A stretch of DNA of 64,000 nucleotides, taken from assembly GCA_950097015.1 (NCBI GenBank), contig CATNEN010000001.1, positions 5,456,001 to 5,520,000 of the forward strand, given 5' to 3'. Shown in pieces: positions 33,301 through 45,300 of the stretch. A program made the translations under genes and the position numbers. The stretch comes from Macrostomum hystrix (taxonomy: Eukaryota; Animalia; Platyhelminthes). The notes beneath the pieces were generated by a model that was given only the letters and a program-made list of their open reading frames with translations, searched no databases and had not been told where the DNA came from. The stretch's first letter is position 1. Every line of letters begins with the position of its first letter.

Positions 33301-36300
33301 CCAATTCTAGCCAACTCGCCCACTTAAGAGATTTGCTTCTTGGAGATTACGGATGCTAAATTGTTCCTTCAGACTGTTCAGAGCAAAAGAGCTGACTATT
33401 TTAGCCAGCTTAACGGCGTTACTAACTTGCCTTCGAAGCTAAACTATATTAATAGTCAATCGGCCGTTTATTGCATTAAAATTTTATAAAAAACCCTTAT
33501 TTCATTCTATTCAACCTGTTCTGCAGCAAAATGCGACTCCGGCACACTTGGCCAAGCAGAAAAATCACGTCGAGATTTTCAACTTGCTTAAACCGCTGAC
33601 AGCCTCCGTGACAGACGAGGCTAGTTGGGATATCGACGGTGTTGACAAAGTCGACGAAGCTGGCAAAGCAAACGAGAGCATTCAAACGTCAACAACTAGC
33701 ATCGAGGACCTGGCCACGGAGATGTCCGAATCGGACGAAGAGTCTGGTGAGTGGAAAATTCTCACACTCAACTACTACGAGTAGTAATATTCTATATTCT
33801 ATATATAAGAAAAATGCTGGAATGTTGAAACTATGAATCTAAACAATTAGCTTGAAGGATCATTGTCGCATACTTTCACTTCCATTTCACTAATTGGAGT
33901 GCAACTGTATAAGGCACCCGAAGGAATGCACCTCAAGCATTTGTCCCTCCCCCAATGAATGATCCACAGTCTAGACTTGGTTTCATCGATTCTATACTTT
34001 CCAATCAGACAAAAAAACTATAAAAAGGCGAATTCACTAATGAGGATAATTTCCCAATCCAGCTGGTGAGAATCTCTCCCCAGGTGATTAACTTTTTCAC
34101 CAAACGTATCAACTCGCCCAAAGCTACGCGCGAAAATCTCGAATCGGAAAAACTTCACCGCCGCACAAAGGAGAAGTAAGTAGAGGTATATTTTAGTATC
34201 TAATAGTAGATGAGGCGTGTACTTTTCCCAGTTCTGGCGCAGAAGCAAAGAAAAATGAAGCCATTGTAAGTGTGGCATCGCATGGTGGCGATGCGAATAC
34301 GAGACGGAGGAGGTGGATGGTGAAGCAGCCGTGGCAGGTAGTTGAGAATAGAAAAAAATCTACGATCAAGAAGGAAGCCCGGCGCAACTGAATAGAGCTC
34401 CGCATTGAGCAGTGCTCTTGTCTGAACAAAAAAAACTGATGAGAAAAATGAAACGTCCCCATAAGACCTACGCTCTTTTCTATCCCTATTGATTGACTAA
34501 TGATTATCTGGGTCTCATTGGGTTTCCTATATTGCGTCCCTAAGTCAAAGCTATAAGCCAATCATTATAAAATTAAGTGTAAAATAATCTACCTCTCAAC
34601 TGTACTCATCATATATAATGTGCTAAGCAGACTGTGAGTACCATTAAGAATATGAAGCCATAAAGATCTTCTCAACTTAAATTGCACCAAACTGCCTCCA
34701 TCTGCAGCTCACATGACGGAGGAGACCTTCACCCAGCTGCCCGCGTCGCCAATATTTTCGCGACCCGACTCCGGAGTTGTCAACGTGCCTACCAATACAG
34801 GTACTTTAATGAAAATAAAGTATTTTTGGATCGCCTGCCAGTGTACACTCAGTCTGCGTCATTTGGGAGTTGGCCCTTTGTCGAAGAAACTAATAAAAGT
34901 ACAAAATAAATCACTCTCAGGTCAAGACGGACAAGCGATGGAGCAGCAGAACCACCTAGGCGTGCCAGGTGGAGCATCAGTTGGCGAGAATCAAGTGAGT
35001 GGTTGTCCAAGCAGAAAAATCATGTCGAGATTTTCGACTTGCTTGAACCGCTGACAGCCTCCGTGACAGACGAGGCTAGTTGGGATACCTGCCCGACAAA
35101 TATTTAATAGGCTACATCAAATATGGTTTCAATTTGCATGAAGATGAATTATTTACAGTCTTCTTACATTTTCTTAGTTCTTATTGGATATTGATATTCA
35201 ACAGCTTAAAATGTCTAGTAACAACTAAATCAAAGCTGATACATTAGAATGCTCTGATTTTTGGACTAGCCCAGAATTCAGACGCAATCCAGACATTATT
35301 GCTAAGATTAATTTTTCGGATTTACTGCGTCCTTAATCTTTGATTTCAGCTAGAAAATTTATGCTCCAATAAACTAATGTTCTTTGGTTGTATTTATAGT
35401 TATAAATAGACGAATATTTATAATACAAAGTAATAATTATAGGAGCTAATAAAGCAAAAAATATTTTGTTGCTTTGAGGCCACACCCAAGTTTGTACGAG
35501 CTAGAATCGATTGAGATGGACTCAAAGAAGCTTTATTTCCGAGCTTTTACAATATTATCCACAAGATAATGTGCTTACTTTATTTTCATACCTCCTGACA
35601 CAGTCGCAGCCGTCAGTTGTTGAGCCTGAATTTGTCAAGCAATCTGCTGCCACTGCGGCGGCTTCTGTGCCTGTACCTTTGCTGTCGATGGAGGTGCTTT
35701 TGAAAGATCAAAAACTTCAGCAGCAGCAGCAGCAGCAGCAAGAAACACCTGTCGAGCAAATGCCATTATTGTCAAGGTAAGTCTTGTGAGTTGTAGGTTA
35801 AAAATGTTTTTTTATGTCAAAATAATTTTTTTTTCGTTTTCTCTAGGCGGTGAAGTAATTTGATTTTTTTCAAAAATAATCCTACGTACGCTATATTCAG
35901 GCACGTTAAACTATCACCTTATAAAGTATTGTAGAATGTATTTCAACATCTCACAGACGGCAAGCAAACGTACCTAAGAGTTTTCAGAGATATTTAAAAG
36001 TACAACCACTTTTCTCCAAGCTCTCGTCCGTTCCAAGCACACAATTCCCCATTGTTAGCTTAGAAATAATAGAATCTATAGTTAGCTTGGTCGGCTAAAA
36101 TGTGGAGTACCTCAAGAGAAGCTCCCATTGTATTAGACTAGAGAGGGGAGGAGACTGGAATGGGAAATGAGACAGCTGATCTGTAGAGGTAAGGCTTGGT
36201 TGATTAGGAAAATGTTGATTTGGTAGTTGGAAGTATCAGAGATGCTTAATAAAGCATGGTAGCGTTTCACAAAAAAGTTTTTACAGGTTTTTTATTTAGC

Positions 36301-39300
36301 ATGCATAATTTAATAAACTTCTAATGCTCCATGTGTCTGTCCTTATGCCTCTTATACGTTAACACCTGCCACCTTCATGAGTGCAATGGCCTGTACGATA
36401 AAGAGAGAGAGAAACTATTGTGATAGAAATACCTCAGCAGTAAAGAGAGTGGTGATTAACACAGGAGAGAAATAATCAGAGAAAGACATAAAAATAGATG
36501 CAAGAAACAGAGGCCCACACATTGCAGAGTCCAGCGTTTAGCATGCGACTGGCTATGGCAAAGGGCGATTGGGAAAGAAAATTCCCTCGCGTCTCGGTTG
36601 GTTGAGGAAGAGAAAGCAGATCGCTTGTATTTTGTTATAAATATTAAGCTTCCTTCTCCGTCCCGATTGCATATTTCCTGTGTCCGCCATTTTAGCTCAC
36701 ACAGTCTATTAATCAGAGACAAGCTGAACAAGAAAGGCATTTAGTTCGTTCTTCTAATTTCTCTGGCTTATTCATAGAATAATCATATTCTTCGCGGAGA
36801 GCAGCAATTGAAGCAATTATATGCTTCAACATTATACATTTGTTATTTCGTGCTGCAACGCCAGCTAGTTAAGCGTATTCTACATTGCTGATCAAACTGG
36901 TTTGGCAGTACTTAAGTAACTGTAAGCTTCTGCTTTTCTATTGCTACTTGACAACGAGCGAATAAACACGCAAAAGTTCAGTGAAATAAGTTGGAATTTG
37001 TCTCGGCATGACAATATCCTCATCAAATGACTGCTTAGCAAACTGTCAGAACTCTACGGATCCCAATCAACAGGATGCACCCGACCTTGACAGATTGTGA
37101 GTGGTTGCTACATATAAGTACAATTTCTTGGAGATAGTGTTGTCGAGTGTGAAGTAAAATGCCATAAAATCGCATATTCTTCTTCTTTGATTTCTGCTCA
37201 TCCGACTGTCTGTGTGACTGTCTATCTGGATTTCTTTCCCTCAGACAGACAGACAGACTCCTCCATGCCCTAGGTCTCTTCTCCCCCTGGATCTCACTGA
37301 CGCGTCCAAAACGTCTCAGACGAAGAGCTGCATTGACAGGGCTGGCATAAAGCTGATTAATTTATGGGCCTAATTTAGCCTTTGCAGAGTATACTACAGC
37401 TCAAGTCTGTCTCTTGTAATGTGTATAGCATTCATGCAATAATTTATTAAACATGTCTATAATGCATGCTGTATACTTTCTATAATGAAAGGCAGCAGCC
37501 GTGTGGCTCGGTGTTTGGGAAATATAAGACTAGAAGAAGACGTCTAGCGTTAATACTTGCAAAGCTAGTTTTTCTAGCATAAATTTTCTAGCCTATACAC
37601 AATATGCATGCATGCCTAATTAGAAGATTGGCTGGACTAATGGACTGCAGTTTTTAGCGTCTAAGTAGATGGGTTGGTACATTGTAATAAAAACTTTTTC
37701 CTGCCTATCAATTTGAGTCACTAATCAGTGTAATCATTGAGTATGAGTTGCTTTGAGTTTTGAGTTGCCTATTGCCTCGATAACAGCACCCAAGTGATGA
37801 CATGAGCGACAATTTCCTAAAACAGTCACTTTTGCACGACTTTTTCCTCGAAATTAATCTGCGAGATTAAAGTGAAAGGGACCTTCAATTGTAACATGCT
37901 TTGTCCCCCTTTTTGACAGTGTTGTGAACAGAAAATCGAAACGAGTTGCTGAAGTAGGTGTTTCAAAGAAGATGCTATTTACTCGTATCTACTCATAGTA
38001 GTCAACCACGGATTTCCTGTCCAGAGTTTCCTAGTGACCAAATGTGACCTAGAAAGACCAAATGAACAGCCAGTGTCACAGCAGCAGCTTTTGCGTGTCG
38101 ATTTCAAAGTGAGATTCGAACTCCTGACCTCTAAATAATAAGCCAGAAGCTCTTGACATTGGGCTCCAAGCTCATGTGAAGATGCCGTTTAATAAACTAC
38201 GAGTACATAAAATTGTACAATTTCTTTTATTAACTAAAATACTCGCGAGTCTCAAGTCCGTTTCTATTTTTTTCTATCCAGCTTCTTGGTGTCTTTCATC
38301 GTCGACGCTCGCGGTGGCGCCATGTCCGGCGTGCGCAGTCCGGGCCTGCGCATTGTGGTGCCGCCAAAAGCCGCCGGAGAGCCGCTGCGTCTCACCTGCC
38401 GCCTGATCCGCCCGGACCGTCTGGCCAGCCCGCCGCAGCTATGCGACGGCGAGGGTCTCGCGAGTCGCATCCTGGAGCTCGGCGGTGGAAAATTCCGAGC
38501 TCCAATCCTGCTGGAAGTGCCGCACATTGCGGCTTTGAGAAACGGCGAACGCGAGGTGGTAGTCTATCGCTCAGAAACTGGCGATGTCTGGAAGGAGCAC
38601 ATGATAGAGACCAATGGTGTCGAGTCCGCCGCCGTGTTAGATGCACTGAGCGGCCTCCCGGGACCACTAGAGACATCTGAAGAACTCAGAGCTAAACGCA
38701 TAGTGCGCATTCTCACCGAAAGCCTGCCGCAGTACTTTGCCCTAGTGACGCGACCCCGGCAGGATACGGCACTGATTGGTCCAGAAGGTGGCGCCATCAC
38801 TTCGACAGGCGTTGCGCGTCAGGTGCAAGCGGTATTCCCCGAGGCCGCTCTCACTAAGAAAATTCGAGTAGCTATTCAGGTGTTGCCGGTTCCCGTGGAG
38901 GTGGCTGAGCAGTTTGCTCAAGTGGTAGCGGCCTCACCAATTGTTACCATTGAGCCGCGACGCAGAAAATTTCACAAGCCTATCACCCTGACTATCCCGG
39001 TGCCGCCAAGGTCAGCTGGTCAGTCGGCCAACTGGACTCTGAGGCTGCTGTGCAGCATCACCGGCGGTGCTCAGTTGGCCACATGGGAGGATATCACAGG
39101 CTCTACGCCGCTATCCCGAGTCAAGGACAGTGTATCTTTCACAACAACAGTCAGCGCTAGATTTTGGCTGCTCGAGTGTCCAAACGGAACAGAGACCATG
39201 CCACTGGCCACTAAGATCTATCGCGAGTGTCTTCCAGTGCCTTACATTGGTCGCTTTGTGGTCTATACGAAGCGACACCGGCCTGATGGTGCAAAGCTTC

Positions 39301-42300
39301 GATGCCTTTGCGTCACGGACGACAAGGTGAGTTTTTATTTTCAACTTCTGTTAATAATTTTATACACATGAATGGATAGAATAATACAGCAGCATTTAAA
39401 ATTTGAAATCTTGGTTGTTCTCATCGAACCCTTGAATCTACCCACAGTCGGACAAGACTCTAGAATGCGCAGAGGGCTACGAGCGCAAGGCTGAATCAGC
39501 CGAATTCGAAGTGCTCGACGGTCGTCAGCGTTGGGTCGCAGAGGCGCCAGGAAATTTAATGCTTATTGGAGATCGCGAAGCAACACCAGAACCGCAGCAA
39601 GTGCAGCAGCAGCAGCAACAGGGACAGCGTCATTCGCTGACAATGTCAGTAAGACCATTCCGAGAAAACCGATTGTCCTGTCAGATTCGTGTCCGCCAGC
39701 CCGAGAGACCCGCTGTGGGCAAGTTGGTTTTTGAGCCAGCGGCAGACGGCAATTGCAGCGTTGAACTAGTCCTGCCAGATTATTGTGGCCCTCCAATGCC
39801 TGAGCTGACTGACCAACAGCGGCAACGATTCTCTGATTCTTCGTCGCGCGAGACAACCCCAGAGCCTCTGCGCATTACTAGCGACACCATCGCGAGGGCC
39901 GAATTGGACGCTCGAGACGTGGCGAACCGTCTACGAGCCGACTGGCCACTGGCGGCTCGAGAACTCGGACTCTCAGAGTCAGACATTGCTGAGATTTTCG
40001 CCAATCGACCAGATGATCGAGAGCGCGCAATGTCAATGCTACGACGGTGGCGTCGAGCTAAAGATCCCAGCGGAGAAGCCACAGGCAATGCTTTGGAGGC
40101 CGCTCTAAGACGCATCGGTCGGGATGACGTAGTGAAGCAGTGCATGCGCAATGTCCAGTACGTGACGGAACCAAAAGAGCGCGAGCAGGCGAAGGCTTTG
40201 CTAGACGGCGAGCAAGAAACAAAGCTACCGACAGTTGTGCACGAGGCAGACGTCGTGCCGCAGCAGGACGAAAACCGACCCAAGCCATTGCCGGCACCCA
40301 CAGCAGAGGAAACGGAATCAGCTCGAAGGGCCAAGGTTGAAGCCTACGTAGCGTTGGTGGAATCTCTAGAGCAACTGCTACCAGATCCGGAGTCGCTGAT
40401 GAGCACACACGACAGGGCATGGGAGAATGCCGGTGAGTTCAAGCCTTGTAGAAAATTTAGACAAGCAAGTCTATACATTTCGTTTTATTTTAAATTCCAG
40501 AAGCCATCGAAGAGGATCCAATTGCAGCGCAGGCTCGGAAAACCGGTGCGGCAGCCGGGGAATTGGGTTCAAATGCCAGGAGCCCAACTCAGGTGGAGGA
40601 ACTGCTGGCGAAGCTGGATTCTCTACCAGATCAATCCATGGCTCCCGAGGTGGAGCCACCAGAGGATGGTAAACTATAATTATAATCATTATTTAATATT
40701 TGCTGAAAGGCTGTAGGCACTGGTGCAATCATTTTTGTTCACAATAGACCCCAGTCAGCCAGTGGCAATTCTGCCGATTCTGCAAACGCAGGCACATGCT
40801 TTCACAGGGGTTTACTTACCCTGACCTTCTGATCGTCTGGCTGTGTGCTCTCACTGTACTTTGGGGTTTGGCCCTTAATTGCAATAAAAAGTCAATAAAT
40901 AGCCCAAATTTATTGTGGCCAACTTTTCGTCCTTGCAGGGAATCTATCTCAGGGAAATTGATTGAGTCAAACTTTTTAACCGCTCCTCTACTTACTTAAT
41001 CTGGCTGGTAAACCGTAAAACAATATTCTTGGCGATTTGCGTTCAAATCTACCCTAACTCCGATACTCGGTTCATACTACTTTGTTCAGTAGAATGAGTT
41101 GTATTATTAACCTGCCATTTAAAATCAACAATTGCAGTGGTCGTTGTGCCGAAGACCGTGACAGATAGCCATACTGCACCGCCAACCACTGTGTCAAAAC
41201 CAGGTGCGTAAGGAGAATAGTGATTGTGAAAGCGTTTTTCCAAAGCAAAAATTTGCATTGGTAACTGTTGTTTCCTCCGGTATGGTGAATTATCTTACAT
41301 TTTAAAGAACACGTCTTAGTTTTATTTTGCAATTCTTTTTTCCTTTGCTATAAAGTAAGAACATGAATTGACTGACTGCGTATGCCTGACGGTAGCACGA
41401 ATAGAAACGTATTTATTCAAGCATCATCTCTGCTACGTCAATGCGTAAATGACAGAAATCGCACGAATTTCCTAGCCAACTTAAATTATTGCACCAGCTT
41501 CAAGCGCAAACACCAGAGAGAAGAGTTGGCTCGTGTTTTGAAAGCGCTTGTCCATTTGGCTTCGGATTTAATGTTGTTTTCGTTCGAGCGATGCTTATTT
41601 TGTTACTGGTGAGTTTTTGTTTCATGTCGTAGTCACTATCATTTATTTTGTTAACTGCATAAGAAACATAAAATGCACAAAATCTGTGTTGGAAAAAATG
41701 ACTTAACTCAATTTTTGCCTTCAATTTCAGATAAGCCACAAAGATCGACAGCATCAGAATTGGAACAGACCTTGGTCATGGAAGATGAAGTTGCAGGTAG
41801 GGTGGCGACCTTTTAGCATCGCCAGAAGGCTTTACGTTTAAAATTAAGTTGGCTAGTACTTGTACATATCTGTTGCAGGAAAATGCATTTAGGTTGCCTG
41901 GCTGTGTGACTGATGTAATTGTTTACAAAGTGCTTATGATGATTTTTTTAATGATCATAAAACTATTATCAAATATGAGTAGGTGAGAGTAGCTCTAGTA
42001 TTGAGCTAAGCCAGTTTCAAAAGCAGCAGCAACAGCAGCAGCAGCAGCGTCCACCTCAGTGGGACTCCGGCAGCTGGACAACGCCTGAGTCTATTCGCTA
42101 TCATCAGCGAGAGACTTCACAGTCGTCAACCACTGGACTTGACGCCTCGTCGATGGAAATTTCAACAATTTCCGACGTCTCATCATCCTACACAGCGGAT
42201 TTAACAGAGGTTACGGCCATAGCAGACCAAACCGAAGGCACGATAGGAAGCCTTGATAGGTACCGTCGCTCAGAAGATGCCGATGACGCCACACTGAAAA

Positions 42301-45300
42301 CAACCGGAACGACAAACAGTTTTGACTCGCTTGGCGCGGAACGATCGTCGGGCGGGACGGCAGCCTCTCGGCGAACGGTTTCAAGCGCGTCCCAGTTTTT
42401 CGATGCAGACGTCGATAGCTATCCGTTTTACAACTCCGAAGCTAGTAGGCAGCAGAGGCGCCTGCAACAGCGGCTGTCTCTGCGACTGCAGCGTAGAGGC
42501 AACAGCGATGGAGGTTAGGAGCGCTGCTGCTGCTGCTGCCATGCACTGCCCTGCATTGTGGCGTTTTATACTGCTGAATGTGCCACATGGCTCGAATTGC
42601 TTTTTTGCTGTTTAAGCATATTTACTATCGTTAATAGAAGTTCTACAAATATCGTAATACGTAGTTTCAAGTACAATTAGGTACTCGTACTTCCGTTTTT
42701 AATGTTAATGATGAAAATCAAAACGCACTTAATAAGTTTGTGATCCAGGGCTGCAATAAATGTCTTGGCTATTCGCATACGCATTATATAGAAACATTTT
42801 AATGACAGTGCCTTGGCTTAGTATTGCATTTTGCACGCTATCTAGAGCACGATGACTGAAGCATTTGTGAGAAACTTACATTTTTTTGAGATTTTTTTCT
42901 CTGAACTTAAAAAAATCCTTATTTAAACACACAAATCAGTTTACTTGTCGAGTGAATGTTTAACTAATCGAAACCGAATTTAAAATGTAATTTTACTTGA
43001 TTATTTAATGAAAAAATTCTCAAGAAATTCGTACTACACAAGAAATCTAACAGTGATTTTTATCCCACCCTTTCTTCCCTCCCTATTCCACTCTCGATTC
43101 TTCACCCCTCCAAAAAATATTCATCTGCAAAAAATCCGATTCGCAAACGCTGAAAAACCGCAGCCGGTCTAAAGCGTCCAACCCCACCAGCGAGCCTGCC
43201 GCTGACGCCGGCAAAGACCGCGACCCTGCCGGCTGTCTTTGCCACCGACGCCGATGCCGACGTAACCGACGCCTCAGATGCTCAGCGACGACGCTCGCTA
43301 AACTCGTTGATGATCCGCGCGATGGAGCACGAAGACAGTTTGCGATCAGAGATGCGCTGCCTCAGCATCGACGAAGCACTGAATGCTCCGGATGCCACGC
43401 CGCAAGTGGAAGAGAAGTCTATCAGCGAGGAAATGTCACGGCCTATATCGCCGATGGAGACAGTCGATTCAGAGATGGCCACCCCGGTGCAGGAGGCAGC
43501 ACCGAGTTTTTCTGCTGCGCCAATCGCTGCCACTGTTGCCGAATTTTCCAGCCAGGAGGCACTGGAGGAGGCTTTCGACAAAGTCGCAGAGCTACCGTCC
43601 GCTCAGTCGTCATCTTCGTATGCTTCTGCCACAGAAGAAGAAGATGAAGAGGAAGCCGTAGGCAGAAGCTGGACCGAGCCAGAGCTTCAATCGTCAAGCA
43701 TGTTTCATTCTGGCGGCATTCGACCAGAGGAGCTCGTCTCACCTACCAAGGAGGAAGTTTCAGAACCTGGGCGGCGTTTCTCGGCCCTCGTCTCATCAGA
43801 ATATACTTTCAGACGGATGGAAGAGAAGCTGGACAGTCCCGTGCAGAGTCCTGTCGATGCGTACAAGAAGTTTCCATCGCAACAGCATCACCCGGCACCG
43901 CCTCATTTAACTGCTTCCGAGGAGGACCGCGGTTCAGCATTCGACGCCAGACTTCAGCGTGCAGAGCAGATGATTAATGAGGCCGAATGCGTAATTGTTA
44001 ACCGGTACACAGGTATCGGCGAGGATATCGAGCAGGTCGGCCTCGAGATAGATCGAGTCATACCAGACAGCATGCTAGTTTCGACAACAACAGCAGCATC
44101 GCGATCGCCCGATCGTCTTGAGACGGACTGGTGCCGTCAACTCAGCGAGCCAGATGCTGTCCTAGCCGAAGCTGAAGTTAAGAATGTCGATATTATGGAC
44201 AGCGAGACCCTCGTTTTGGCAGTTCAGCTGCGCGTTTCTCATGAGCCGTCCAAAGCGCAGCCGCAGACTGAAGCTCGTGATGAAGTGATCGAAGAAAAAC
44301 CCCAGGCTGATGCTCGTGATGAGGAGCTCGAGGAGCAGCCACTGCATGACGCTCGTGATGAAGAGGTCGAGGAGAAACCGCTGGCTGCAGCTCTTTATGA
44401 AGAGCTCCAGGAGGAGCCGCTGGCGGCAGCTCGTAATGAAGAGATCGAAGAGAAACCCCAGGCTGAAGCTCGTGTTGAAGTTCCTGAGGAGAAGCAGCTA
44501 GCTGAAGCTCGTAATGAGGAGGTGCCGCTGGCTGATGCGCGTAATGAAGAGCTTGAAGAGGGGCCGGTGGCTGAAGCTCGTCCTGAAGAGAGCGAGGAGA
44601 AGCCGCTGGCTGAAGCTCGTGATGAAGAGGTCGAGGAGAAGCCGCTGCACGAAGCTCATGATGAAGAGCTCGAAGAGAAACCACAGGCTGACGTTCGTGA
44701 TGAGGAGCTCGAGGAGAAACCACAGGCTGACGCTCGTGATGAGGAGCTCGAGGAGAAACCACAGGCTGACGTTCGTGATGAGGAGCTCGAGGAGAAACCA
44801 CAGGCTGACGCTCGTGATGAAGAGCTCGAGGAGAAGCCCCTGGCTGAAGCTCGTACTGAAGAGCTCGAGGAGGAGCCGCTAGCAGGTGCCCGTGATGAAG
44901 AGCTCGAGGAGGAGCCGCTGAACGAAGCTCAAAATGAAAATCTCGAAAAGAAACCACAGGCTGATGCTCGTGATGAAGAGCTCGAGGAAAAACCACAGGC
45001 TGATGCTCGTGATAAAGAGCTCGAGAATAAGCCCCTGTCTGAAGCTCGTACTGAAGAGCTCGAGGAGGAGCCGCTGGCTGAAGCTCGTGCTGAAGAGATT
45101 GAGAAGGAGCCCTTGGCTGCAGCTCATGATGAGGAGGAGCCTCTGACTGCAGCTCGTGATAAGGAGCTCGAGGAGGAGCCGCTGAACGAAGCTCATGATG
45201 AAAAGCTCGAAGAGAAACCACAGACTGATGCTCGTGATGAGGAGTTCGAGGAGAAACCACAGGCTGATGCTCTTGAGGAGGAGCTCGAGGGGAAACCAAA

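Noticed and set aside
40748-40825. Additional small ankyrin exon after 40668
   Set aside because: The acceptor is ambiguous, and the exon would need a GC donor or end in a stop; left out of the model.
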